18,172 bases of DNA from Aquificaceae bacterium. GTDB taxonomy: Bacteria > Aquificota > Aquificia > Aquificales > Aquificaceae. Positions 7,467 to 16,906 of the stretch are shown here, piece by piece (position 1 is the stretch's first letter; each line of letters begins with the position of its first letter). Location of the stretch: positions 1 to 18,172 of the forward strand of contig JBEPZX010000023.1 in assembly GCA_041640635.1 (NCBI GenBank), written 5' to 3'. Both the position numbers and the translations under genes were made by a program. The notes beneath the pieces were generated by a model, which saw only the letters and a list, made by a program, of their open reading frames with translations, did no database searches and was not told the DNA's origin.

Positions 7467-8789
7467 ATGATCTTATCCCAGCTGCTTAAGCAGATAAATG
7501 GTTTACCCTATCGTTTTAGATTGAGCAAGGTTAGCAAAGATGTGGCATGGAGTAGTTTGGCCAGCATAATCGTAAAAATCCGGGGAATTATTCTGATATC
7601 AGTGATTGGTCACTTCATCGGAGTTAACTGGTATGGTGCATGGTCTCTGATCTTCACTTTTTCTTCGTATGCTACAATATTAGCAACACTTATGTTGTCT
7701 AACGCTATTGTTAGATTCTTTCCAGAAGAAGGTGATAATAAAAATAATTTTTTTACCTTCATTTTTTCAATAGTTCTTCTTCTCTCGTTGAGTATTTCCT
7801 TTGCAATATTACCTCTCGCTGACAGATTTGCTATAGTTTTCTTAAAAGATAAAGTGTTCAGCGGTCTTGTTTTTTGGGGTGCTTTTCTTGTTCCCTTAAA
7901 TGCGTTGAAGCTAATGTTACAAGATTATTTCAGGGCTAAAGATGACTTAAAAACATTTTCAATCATAGAAAGCGGATTTACCATTTTAGAGATTCTGGTT
8001 TTATTGGTCATAATTAGCTTTACTAAAGATTTAGTGTTTGCACTTAAGACTTTTTTGATCATTGGATTTGCATTGGAAGTTATGATCATGCTAAGGATTC
8101 TGAAAGTCACAAACTTGAAAAACGTTTGGTCAAACTACAATCTAAATCGTTTGGTGGAATACTTGAAATATTCATTACCACTCGTACCAAACGGTTTTTT
8201 GACTCTTATCTCTGCTAATGGTGATCGATTCATCATTGGTTATTTCTTAGGCGCAGAAGCTGTGGGACTTTATAGTGCTGCTTACGCTCTTGCTAGTACA
8301 GTTATGCTTTTCAATCCACCGATTACAAATGCTCTATTTCCAAAGGTATCAAAATGTTATGTAGAAGGGAATCTCTTGTTAGTTAAGAAATATGTTAAAA
8401 TTGGGATAAGAACCTTTCTTGTTATTGGATTTAGCATGTTAGTTTTGATTGTTTTTTACGGTAACACCTTGTTGCATGTGCTTGTGGGAGAAATTACCCC
8501 TATCCAACACTATAAAGGAATACAGGTAACTTTTGTAATTATTAGTGCCTTGGTTATATATGGAGTATCGCGCATTTATTCTTTACACTTGTTTGTGCTC
8601 AAAAAAACACAATCGTTATTTTTCATCTACTTTAGTGGTACAGTGGTAAATGTTGTCTTTAACTTGGCTTTGATAAAACTCTTCGGTCTCCTTGGAGCTG
8701 CTGTCTCCACATTGTTAAGCTACATTGTCATTTCCTTGGCTATTCTATATGCAGTCAAGGCTAATGAAAGTTATGAATCTATAAGTTAA
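7467..8789 (+). CDS. wzx: Polysaccharide repeat-unit flippase (Wzx/PST family)
   Basis: 440 aa with many hydrophobic segments. Motifs YSLPLVPN..GDRFIIGYFLGAEAVGLYSAAY, LFPKVS and NLALIKLFGLLGAAVSTLLSY. Confidence 0.88.
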   Translation: MILSQLLKQINGLPYRFRLSKVSKDVAWSSLASIIVKIRGIILISVIGHFIGVNWYGAWSLIFTFSSYATILATLMLSNAIVRFFPEEGDNKNNFFTFIFSIVLLLSLSISFAILPLADRFAIVFLKDKVFSGLVFWGAFLVPLNALKLMLQDYFRAKDDLKTFSIIESGFTILEILVLLVIISFTKDLVFALKTFLIIGFALEVMIMLRILKVTNLKNVWSNYNLNRLVEYLKYSLPLVPNGFLTLISANGDRFIIGYFLGAEAVGLYSAAYALASTVMLFNPPITNALFPKVSKCYVEGNLLLVKKYVKIGIRTFLVIGFSMLVLIVFYGNTLLHVLVGEITPIQHYKGIQVTFVIISALVIYGVSRIYSLHLFVLKKTQSLFFIYFSGTVVNVVFNLALIKLFGLLGAAVSTLLSYIVISLAILYAVKANESYESIS

Positions 8790-8817
8790 ATATCTTGAAT
8801 CTAAACAGGAGGTATAA

Positions 8818-9594
8818 ATGCAGAACCATGATAAGTTTGAAAAGTACAACGAGTTAGGAGCGTATCATTGGAGAAACACCTATTCTGGTATTTTTCGAGG
8901 TTCAAGTCCACGTAATCATGCCTTATATGATGTTCCTATCGACCTTGTCCGTCAAAAACTTGGTGTTAATCTAACTCAGGCTATAGGGGCCGATATTGGC
9001 TGTGGTGATGGTGTGTTAGTCTACAAAGTAATGCAAAAAGGTGGGCGAATTATTGGGGTTGACTTGAGCAAACAAGCTCTGAATCTTGCAATTCAAGAGA
9101 TTGGCCAGCGATTAGGACAGGTTCCAATGCTAATCAATGCTTCCTGTTATAACTTGCCATTCGGTAACGAAGTGTTCGATTATGTGATAGCCACTGAGCT
9201 CATAGAACACTTGGAATTCGACAGAAAATTTATCAGTGAAGTAGTTCGTGTGCTGAAACCAGGTGGAGTATTTGTTTGCACAACTCCTCGTAAGCTACCG
9301 TATGGCCCAGAGGTTCAGGATCCATATCATGTAAAAGAGTACTCTGCTGATGAGCTGCGTAAGCTTCTCTCTGAGTTTCTTGAGGATGTCGAGATATTAG
9401 GCCTTTACCCGGCATGGCTCGATAAAATATATTTAAATAAATTCCCTCGACCAATCGCATTGTTGGTTCGTTTTAGTTTTAAATTGCTATCTCTCTGCTG
9501 GAATCCATATCGTCATATCATTTATCAGAACGCAAGTAATGACACTCCATGTGCTAATCTGATTGGCATTGGACGGAAATCTTGGAGTAACTAA
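8818..9594 (+). CDS. Class I SAM-dependent methyltransferase
   Basis: DIGCGDG motif I, GVDLS, LPF..FDYVIATELIEHL, RVLKPGG, TTP, DPYHVKEY. AGGAGGT RBS upstream. Confidence 0.9.
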   Translation: MQNHDKFEKYNELGAYHWRNTYSGIFRGSSPRNHALYDVPIDLVRQKLGVNLTQAIGADIGCGDGVLVYKVMQKGGRIIGVDLSKQALNLAIQEIGQRLGQVPMLINASCYNLPFGNEVFDYVIATELIEHLEFDRKFISEVVRVLKPGGVFVCTTPRKLPYGPEVQDPYHVKEYSADELRKLLSEFLEDVEILGLYPAWLDKIYLNKFPRPIALLVRFSFKLLSLCWNPYRHIIYQNASNDTPCANLIGIGRKSWSN

Positions 9595-11051
9595 TGAAAA
9601 TTGTTACACAAACAGGCTTAAAATTTCCTCGTCAAGAATCAGATTCTCTCTTTGTTCCTTTACGTTGGATTGATCGTGCCTTGATTATTGGCATAAGCTA
9701 TGCTTTTTTGCTATTCATAGCGATAAAACAGCTCATCTATGGAACAACACCTGCTTTGTTTTGGCTATTCCTAGCGCTTAGTGTAAACTTGACACTTAAG
9801 TTGGTGCCGATTATATTTTATCGGTCCTCTTTTGGCTGGCTTCATCCGTTGGTGTTTGGTACTGTAAATTTTCTTTTTACCATCTTTTTGCGCCAGATTT
9901 CTCTTTATTTAAATGGTCTCTCGGAGCATGTTGCCTTACCCGGCTGGAGCCATGAGAATCTCACGATGCTTGTTACTTACTCAGTGGCGCTTGATGCGAT
10001 TGGCACAGCTGCTTACTACTTTGGCTTCTTCTTTGGTCCAAAATTTGTCATTCCTCGCTTAACCTTTTCCAAACCCAAGTGGGTTGGTCTGAAGGCGCTA
10101 TTAGTTGTCGCTTTTTCTGTGATTGTATTTGCATACTATACGAGTACATATGAAGGCATTAATGCTCTCTTCATCCTTTTAGCAAAAGGTCGAACTCTGG
10201 CAGTGGCGGAAGGGAGATTACTTGAGCACTGGGTTGTCTTTGTTAATTTCGGCGTATACGCCTGCTTGCTTTGGTTCGCGTTGGATCGAGAAGCGCATCG
10301 TCAAATTCTATTCTGGGTAGCTACTGCTCTCTCGCTTACCCTCAGTTTTTTAAGTTCAGCCTCTCGCTCCAGTATCATTGTATTTTTTATCTATATGTTG
10401 TTAATATGGATGCTTCGTGAGCAGAAATTTCCTCGTTTGCGAACACTAATCCTTCCTGTGCTGGGATTGCTGATTATTGGCATTTTAGGAGATTTAAGGA
10501 TGAGTGCTTGGAAAGGGGAAGTAAATTGGATGAGGATAACCGAATCTTCATCAGTAGAGATGTTGCAAAATGCAATAGAGGAGTTAAGGAGTCGTAGTGA
10601 GGAAGAAAGCGCGGAATTCGCAATATTAGCTTTAGTACCTGACCAAGTTGGTTTTCTTTATGGTCGCTCTTACTTATCTTTGCTGGCAACACCAATCCCT
10701 AGAGCCTTATGGTCAAGTAAGCCTCAGGGGATAGATGCCCTCATAGGGGAGACTTTCTTCTCTACATACGCTGGTAAACCAGCTGGGGCTATCGGTGAAG
10801 CCTATTGGAATTTTCACATTCCAGGTGTGATTGTGGTTTTCTTTCTGTTTGGTTCTTTCCATAAATGGTTGGTAGCTGTGTTTCGCAAGTATGCTGGAGA
10901 GCCAGTTGTTATAGTTTTTTATGCGACTACACTGTTTTTATTCTCCCCCGCAGGTACCGCAATTACGTCATGGGTTCAAATGACCGCGACTTTGTTCATC
11001 TTGGCAATCATGTTTGGAACAATCTCAATTAAGAGGTTATGGAACTTCTGA
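9594..11051 (+). CDS. wzy: Putative O-antigen/EPS polymerase (Wzy)
   Basis: 485 aa polytopic membrane protein with SRSSII, a large loop containing PIPRALWSSKP, and GEAYWNF. It sits in a wzx/GT cluster with a TAATG overlap. Confidence 0.75.
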   Translation: MKIVTQTGLKFPRQESDSLFVPLRWIDRALIIGISYAFLLFIAIKQLIYGTTPALFWLFLALSVNLTLKLVPIIFYRSSFGWLHPLVFGTVNFLFTIFLRQISLYLNGLSEHVALPGWSHENLTMLVTYSVALDAIGTAAYYFGFFFGPKFVIPRLTFSKPKWVGLKALLVVAFSVIVFAYYTSTYEGINALFILLAKGRTLAVAEGRLLEHWVVFVNFGVYACLLWFALDREAHRQILFWVATALSLTLSFLSSASRSSIIVFFIYMLLIWMLREQKFPRLRTLILPVLGLLIIGILGDLRMSAWKGEVNWMRITESSSVEMLQNAIEELRSRSEEESAEFAILALVPDQVGFLYGRSYLSLLATPIPRALWSSKPQGIDALIGETFFSTYAGKPAGAIGEAYWNFHIPGVIVVFFLFGSFHKWLVAVFRKYAGEPVVIVFYATTLFLFSPAGTAITSWVQMTATLFILAIMFGTISIKRLWNF

Positions 11052-12226
11052 TGAAAAAGCCAAAAGTCCTTTTTTTTATGATGCGCACGAGCTCAGAGCA
11101 AGGGCAAATTACAGGTGGTACATGGAGTGAATTGCATATTATTGGTCATCTTAAGAAGTATGATCCTTTTGTAGTTATAAATCGGAAGGACCTGTTGACA
11201 AGTAAACTAGATGAACTGGGTATACCTTATAAAATTGTCGTTGGAGAGAATCCATACGAGGGTTTCGGTCGCAAGAATTTTGTGGCGAAGATAAAAACAA
11301 TTGCGGGTTTGCTGTTTTATAATTTTAAGATATGGAAAATTATGAGGGAGGTTAATCCAGAAGTGGTTCATTGTAGCGAGTTGGGCTCTCTTATGGTGTT
11401 TTTGGGCACCAAGTTTGCCGGAAAGAAGCTGGTGATATATGTGAGAAATTCTTTTCGGGGTAACAGATTGAGATTAGTCTATAAAATTCCTATGCTGTTT
11501 TCAGACTCAATTGTTGCGATATCTAAAGAAATAGCTAGTTTCATCCAAGACAAAGGTGGGCGCGCACTTAGGTGTAAGGTATCTCAGATATACAATTCCG
11601 TTGACATACAAAGCATAGATGAATTTAAGAAACTGCATACAAAGATAGAATGTAGAACTAACTTAGGAATCCCTATAGATCATATCGCAGTGGGAGTGAT
11701 TGCTGCTATTGAAGGTCGGAAAAGACAAAAGGATTTTCTCGAGAATGTTGTTAAGTATTTTGCTGAAGAGAGCAATTTAACTTTCTATTTCGTTGGAGGC
11801 GTTAAAGATTATGACTACTATGTCGAGTGCAAGCGAATTATTGATGAGTTGGGACTAATTAACGCGAAATTTGTGGGCTTTCAGCCAAATATCTATGAAT
11901 GGTACCGGGCGCTTGATGTGGTTTGTCTTCCATCTGAGAGAGAAGGAGTGCCAAGAGCGATTATCGAGGCTTCTGCTTTCGAGTTACCTGTAATAGCTTT
12001 CAATATAGCAGGTTGTAGAGAAGCGGTTTTAAATAATGTAACTGGGTTCTTGGTTGACACATTTGAAGAGTTTGTTGTAAAGTTACAACAACTTGTTGGA
12101 AGCAAAGAACTTCGAGATAGATTGGGGAATAAAGGATACCAATATGTCCAATGGATGTTCAATGTAGAACGTAACACCAGTCGTCTCGAAGCGTTATACT
12201 CAAATCTGAAGAAGCAAAACAAATAA
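11051..12226 (+). CDS. Glycosyltransferase family 4 (GT-B)
   Basis: IYNSVD, RKRQ, PSEREGVPRAIIEA (EX7E), GCREAV..TGFLV. The start is placed at ATG 11051 (TGATG coupling with wzy); the ORF track start 11039 is the alternative. Confidence 0.88.
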   Translation: MKKPKVLFFMMRTSSEQGQITGGTWSELHIIGHLKKYDPFVVINRKDLLTSKLDELGIPYKIVVGENPYEGFGRKNFVAKIKTIAGLLFYNFKIWKIMREVNPEVVHCSELGSLMVFLGTKFAGKKLVIYVRNSFRGNRLRLVYKIPMLFSDSIVAISKEIASFIQDKGGRALRCKVSQIYNSVDIQSIDEFKKLHTKIECRTNLGIPIDHIAVGVIAAIEGRKRQKDFLENVVKYFAEESNLTFYFVGGVKDYDYYVECKRIIDELGLINAKFVGFQPNIYEWYRALDVVCLPSEREGVPRAIIEASAFELPVIAFNIAGCREAVLNNVTGFLVDTFEEFVVKLQQLVGSKELRDRLGNKGYQYVQWMFNVERNTSRLEALYSNLKKQNK

Positions 12227-12241
12227 AAGGAGGTGTTCAGG

Positions 12242-13180
12242 ATGAAACGAGTTTTGGTGACTGGTGGAGCGGGATTTATTGGTTCTAATCTTGTTAAGAT
12301 GTTGGTGCTCGAGTATAATTGCTCGGTAACGGTTATAGATGACCTTTTCACAGGTGATATAAAAAATCTGGAAGGTCTTGATATTGAATTTATTCATGGA
12401 ACCATTTTAGATAAAGATTTATTAAAAAAGCTTATGAAAGATAAGGATATAGTATACCACCTAGCTGCGAGAAATATAATAGTCTCCACGAAAAATCCGC
12501 GGGAAGATTTGGAGGTTAACATTGTTGGCACATTTAATGTGTTGGAAGCAGCTTTGCACTCTAATGTTGAGAAGGTAATTTATGCATCTACTTCATCAGT
12601 ATATGGGAATCCGAAATACCTTCCAATAACTGAGGAGGAAACGCCAAAATTCTTAAATTTTTACTCCGTAAGCAAATATGCGGGGGAAAGTTACGCAAGA
12701 GTTTTTTATGAACTCTACCAACTGCCTGTTGTAGTGCTGCGGTATTCAAATGTCTACGGATATAACCAAACCACCAAGAATCCTTACTGTGGCGTGGTAG
12801 GAAAATTTATAGAATGGGCGTTAAGAAACGAGCCAATTTACATTCATGGAGATGGGGAGCAGACTAGGGATTTCACATTTGTAACAGATGCTTGTAGAGC
12901 AACTATTCTTGCTGCTTTGAACCCTAAATCTGCTGGTGAGGTTTACAACATAGGAACGGGTGTGGAAACATCAATTAACTCCTTGGCTGAGCTCATAATA
13001 ATGCTTACAAACAGTCAATCGAAAATTGTGCATATAGACAAAAGGGATATAGATAACATAAGACGAAGAGTGTTGAATATAGAAAAAATAAGATATCACC
13101 TAAAATTCTATCCGGAATTTACACTTAAAGAAGGCCTTAAGAAAACAATTGAGTGGTTTAAGAAAAATGAGCAAAATTAA
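12242..13180 (+). CDS. NAD-dependent nucleotide-sugar epimerase/dehydratase (extended SDR)
   Basis: TGGAGFIG, HLAA, ASTSSVYG, YSVSK (YxxxK), GDGEQTRDF. AGGAGG at 12228-12233 favours ATG 12242 over GTG 12233. Confidence 0.9.
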   Translation: MKRVLVTGGAGFIGSNLVKMLVLEYNCSVTVIDDLFTGDIKNLEGLDIEFIHGTILDKDLLKKLMKDKDIVYHLAARNIIVSTKNPREDLEVNIVGTFNVLEAALHSNVEKVIYASTSSVYGNPKYLPITEEETPKFLNFYSVSKYAGESYARVFYELYQLPVVVLRYSNVYGYNQTTKNPYCGVVGKFIEWALRNEPIYIHGDGEQTRDFTFVTDACRATILAALNPKSAGEVYNIGTGVETSINSLAELIIMLTNSQSKIVHIDKRDIDNIRRRVLNIEKIRYHLKFYPEFTLKEGLKKTIEWFKKNEQN

Positions 13181-14336
13181 TCTGTTTCACTATATCGGAA
13201 CTCTTGATATCGGGGGGGAGCAAACTTATTTAGCTTCCCTGATAAACCACCTGGGTAAAGATTACAAGCATACGGTTGCTTATTCCTTTAGTGATAGATT
13301 AAAAAACCGAATTCAACAGCCAGTGAATTATATAAAACTTTCTGACAAGAAATTAAGAGCGTCTGATCCAGAAATTTACCTGTTGTTCTTCAGGTTTCTT
13401 GATATTTTTAAACACAATCGCCCTGATGCAGTGATTCTCTATAGCCCGGGGGTACCAAACTTTTTATGCAGTTTAGCTGCTAAGATCCTGAATATTCCGG
13501 TTATTTATATACCTCAAAGAGCCTATGGGAACCAAAGTAGGTGGGAAAGAATAGTTACCAAGTTCTATCCCCTAAGGTTGATTAGTTATGGATTAATCGA
13601 TAGAGTTATTGCCTTAGGGTCTTATTATCAGGATGACTTTATAAAAAACTGGAAAATACCAAAAGAGAAGGTTGTTTTAAACTACATAGGAATAGATTTG
13701 AATGAATTTCGCCCAGATGAAATAAAGAGACGGATTTTTAGAGAACAACTATCTTTGACTGATGACTTGCTTGTCTTTGGATTTGTTGGTAGGTTGCACC
13801 CAGTGAAAGGATTTTATAAAGTTTTGAAATTTTTCCAAGTTTTACAGCAACAAATCAACGATACAAAACTAGTTCTGTTGGTTGTAGGTGATGGACCATT
13901 CCGAGAAACTTATCAGAGATTAGTGGATGAACTTTCACTTAAAAGTATTATCTTTGTAGGTTACAGACCTGATATAGATTTTGTGATGAACGGTATAGAT
14001 GTTTATATACAAGCTACTGATAATCCACTTAACGGAATTTCCTCGATAGAGGCAATCGCTTGTGGAAAAACTATTATTACTATAGTAAGAAACCAGCAAG
14101 AAATTGCTATGGCTAGAGATACAACAGTGGAAGGATTGAATGGCTGGTTTGTTCGGTTAGATAGATTAGACCATGATGTTCCAAAAGTCTTAGATATCAT
14201 TGACTGCAAAAAACGAGAAAAAATGGGGTTTGAATCGCGCAGAATTGCTGAACAAATATTTGATATAAATAACCATGTTCAAAACATCTCCAATATGTTG
14301 AATAGCCTCATAGGCAAATCTGGAGGTGTTAAATGA
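13167..14336 (+). CDS. Glycosyltransferase family 4 (divergent)
   Basis: IGGEQ, GIDL, FVGRLHPVKG, VGDGP, FVGYRPD, IEAIACG. ATG 13167 overlaps the end of the epimerase (ORF track start 13149 is TTG). Confidence 0.85.
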   Translation: MSKINLFHYIGTLDIGGEQTYLASLINHLGKDYKHTVAYSFSDRLKNRIQQPVNYIKLSDKKLRASDPEIYLLFFRFLDIFKHNRPDAVILYSPGVPNFLCSLAAKILNIPVIYIPQRAYGNQSRWERIVTKFYPLRLISYGLIDRVIALGSYYQDDFIKNWKIPKEKVVLNYIGIDLNEFRPDEIKRRIFREQLSLTDDLLVFGFVGRLHPVKGFYKVLKFFQVLQQQINDTKLVLLVVGDGPFRETYQRLVDELSLKSIIFVGYRPDIDFVMNGIDVYIQATDNPLNGISSIEAIACGKTIITIVRNQQEIAMARDTTVEGLNGWFVRLDRLDHDVPKVLDIIDCKKREKMGFESRRIAEQIFDINNHVQNISNMLNSLIGKSGGVK

Positions 14337-15526
14337 AAGTCCTTGTTTCTCTTGAGCATCGCTTCTTATCTACGCCTGACGGCAAGGTGTGGACTCATAC
14401 AATGTTTCCATATACCTTCTGGCGGCGATATTTGGAAGTCTTTGAGGGTGTGCGCGTCTTAGCCCGAGTAAAGATGGTGAACCAACCGCCAACAGGTTGG
14501 GTGCGCGCCGACGGTGATGGCGTTACATTTGTGCCAGTGCCTTACTACCTTGGACCTATGCAATATCTTCTTAAAGCTAGATTGATGCAACACTCAATTA
14601 GAAAAGCTGTTAGGACAGATGAGGCTGTTATTATGCGTGTACCCTCATTAATCGCATTACATCTTGAAACAGTCTTGCGGCGTGTGGGGTTGCCCTACGG
14701 CTTAGAGGTAGTGGGCGACCCGTATGATGTGTTCTCGCCTGGTGCGTTCCGCCATCCATTGCGTTCCTTCTTTCGGTGGTGGTTCTCATACAAACTGCGA
14801 CAGCAGTGCGCTCGCGCTAGTGCAGTTGCTTATGTGACCGAGTACGCACTTCAGCGTCGCTATCCACCTGCAGCAAATGCCTTTTCTACATCCTATTCAG
14901 ACGTAGAGTTGCCAGATGCAGCTTTTATCGATGCACCGCGACAGTATAAGATGCAATCGCAACGCTATACACTCATTTTTGTAGGATCTTTGGGACATTT
15001 CTATAAGGGACCAGATATCCTTATCCAAGCGGTGGAGCGCTGTGTGCGGCGTGGTTTAGATCTGCGCTTGGTTATAGTGGGGGATGGTAAGTATCGCTCG
15101 CAATTGGAAGCTCAAGCAGTTGCTTTAGGGTTAGGCGAGCGTGTACGCTTTTTAGGTGAACTCCCTGCAGGTGAGGCAGTGCGTGCACAACTTGATCAAG
15201 CGGATCTGTTTATATTACCATCCAGACAAGAGGGCCTTCCGCGTGCGATGCTCGAAGCAATGGCGCGTGGACTGCCTTGCATTGGCTCGGCGGTAGGTGG
15301 TATCCCAGAGTTGCTTCCTCCAGAGGACATAGTCCCTCCAAACGATATTGAAGCACTGGCTTATAAAATTGTTAGTGTGCTAAGCTCACCTGAGCGTATG
15401 ACACGCATGTCAGAGCGCAATCTTAAGAAGGCACGAGAATACCACGAGAGTAGGCTCCGTCTACGACGGGTTGCATTCTACAACTATGTCAAGGAATACA
15501 CAAAGGCATGGCTGGAGAGTCGTTAA
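14333..15526 (+). CDS. Glycosyltransferase family 4
   Basis: FVGSL..YKGPD, VGDG, LPSRQEGLPRAMLEAMARGLPCIGSAVGGIPE. GGAGGT RBS and ATGA overlap. Confidence 0.9.
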   Translation: MKVLVSLEHRFLSTPDGKVWTHTMFPYTFWRRYLEVFEGVRVLARVKMVNQPPTGWVRADGDGVTFVPVPYYLGPMQYLLKARLMQHSIRKAVRTDEAVIMRVPSLIALHLETVLRRVGLPYGLEVVGDPYDVFSPGAFRHPLRSFFRWWFSYKLRQQCARASAVAYVTEYALQRRYPPAANAFSTSYSDVELPDAAFIDAPRQYKMQSQRYTLIFVGSLGHFYKGPDILIQAVERCVRRGLDLRLVIVGDGKYRSQLEAQAVALGLGERVRFLGELPAGEAVRAQLDQADLFILPSRQEGLPRAMLEAMARGLPCIGSAVGGIPELLPPEDIVPPNDIEALAYKIVSVLSSPERMTRMSERNLKKAREYHESRLRLRRVAFYNYVKEYTKAWLESR

Positions 15527-15703
15527 AAGTTCTAACTAAATATTTCACAGTATCTATGAGCTCGAGCTTCATTGCCAAAGCTATGAACTATAGGACTTTC
15601 CCAACCAAGCTTATGAATTGCTAGAAAAGTGTAAGGACCTATTTTGTTTAAACTTTAATTCACTTGTTTATTGATCACCTCCTTAATTTATCAATTTTTC
15701 TTT

Positions 15704-16906
15704 ATGAACAGAATACGTGTGGCTCATATTACTACTGTTGATATGTCTCTGCGTTATCTGCTCCTCAACCAGTTGCGTAGCATCCAGCAAGCAGGCTACG
15801 AAGTTATCGGAATCTCGTCGCCGGGTCCAGAAGTTCCAATCATTGAAGCTGCTGGTATCCGTCATATCCCGGTGAGGATAACCCGCAACCCATTTACACC
15901 TCTCCAAGATATGAAGGCTCTTTGGCAGCTTTACCGAATTTTTCGACGGGAACGCTTTACCATTGTCCACACACACACACCTAAACCAGGCTTCCTGGGC
16001 CAGATTGCTGCTAAAATGGCTGGTGTTCCAATTATTGTCAACACTCTTCATGGATTCTACTTCCACGACCACATGCATCCGCTTTTGCGCCGTTTTTATA
16101 TTACGCTGGAGAAAATTGCTGCTCTCTGTTCGGACGTCATTCTTTCCCAGAATCGTGAAGATATAGACACCGCTATCCGTGAGGGGATTTGTCCTAAGGA
16201 AAAGATCAAGTATCTAGGTAATGGTATTGATATTCATCGTTTCAATCCAGCCAATTTTTCGCCAAGTGTTATTGCTTATAAACGGCTTGAAGTGGGGTTA
16301 CCCGATAAGGTCAAGGTGGTTGGCTTTGTTGGGCGGTTGGTGCGTGAGAAAGGGTTGCTAGAACTTTTTGCTGCCGCTCGCCTTGTGCGAGAACAGGTAC
16401 CGAACGTGCGCTTCTTGGTCATCGGCCCAGTGGATACAGACAAACCTGATTTTGTTACGCCAGATATGGCTCAAAAGTACGGCGTTGCCGACATTTTCCA
16501 CTTCCTAGGCATGCGTCAGGATATGCCCGAACTTTACACTCTTATGGATGTATTTGTTTTACCCTCGCATCGTGAAGGTTTCCCTCGTGCGCCTATGGAA
16601 GCCTCAGCTATGAAAGTGCCTTGCGTTGTCACAGATATTCGAGGTTGTCGTGAGGTCGTTGAGCACGGTCGAAATGGCTTACTGGTGCCTCTGGGCAATG
16701 TTCAAGCCTTAGCTGATGCTATCGTGGAAATTCTGACCAACCAGGAAAAGGCCTACCGTATGGGTGAAGAGGGTCGCCGCATGGCTCTGGAGCGCTTCGA
16801 TGAACGATTGGTGTTTGAGAAGGTGAAGGCGGAATATGCCCGGCTCTTGCAAGAGAAGGGACTGCCAATGCCTGAACTATGTCTTATTAGGGAGACTCAA
16901 TCATGA
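15704..16906 (+). CDS. Glycosyltransferase family 4
   Basis: VHTHTPKPG, HGF, GNGID, FVGRLVREKG, LPSHREGFPRAPMEA, TDIRGCREVV..NGLLVP. ATG 15704 (MNRIRVAHITT) fits a GT-B N-terminus better than TTG 15671. Confidence 0.9.
   Translation: MNRIRVAHITTVDMSLRYLLLNQLRSIQQAGYEVIGISSPGPEVPIIEAAGIRHIPVRITRNPFTPLQDMKALWQLYRIFRRERFTIVHTHTPKPGFLGQIAAKMAGVPIIVNTLHGFYFHDHMHPLLRRFYITLEKIAALCSDVILSQNREDIDTAIREGICPKEKIKYLGNGIDIHRFNPANFSPSVIAYKRLEVGLPDKVKVVGFVGRLVREKGLLELFAAARLVREQVPNVRFLVIGPVDTDKPDFVTPDMAQKYGVADIFHFLGMRQDMPELYTLMDVFVLPSHREGFPRAPMEASAMKVPCVVTDIRGCREVVEHGRNGLLVPLGNVQALADAIVEILTNQEKAYRMGEEGRRMALERFDERLVFEKVKAEYARLLQEKGLPMPELCLIRETQS

Noticed and set aside
8764..8784. ATG AAA GTT ATG AAT CTA TAA (MKVMNL*) overlapping the wzx end, like the start of a lost GT gene
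   Set aside because: Six codons are too few to distinguish from chance.
15556..15572. Near-palindrome ATGAGCTCGAGCTTCAT in the GT-GT spacer
   Set aside because: It has no loop or U-tract for a terminator and no second copy, so no function can be supported.
15673..15685. 16S rRNA gene fragment
   Set aside because: Only 13 nt match, and the adjacent sequence does not resemble the 16S terminal helix.
3043..16166. Short ORF-track frames on the - strand or in alternate frames (e.g. 3043-3228, 4975-5247, 6030-6212, 6828-7175, 11893-12351, 15683-16078, 15963-16166)
   Set aside because: They lie on top of well-supported + strand genes, have no recognisable motifs and look like shadow ORFs.
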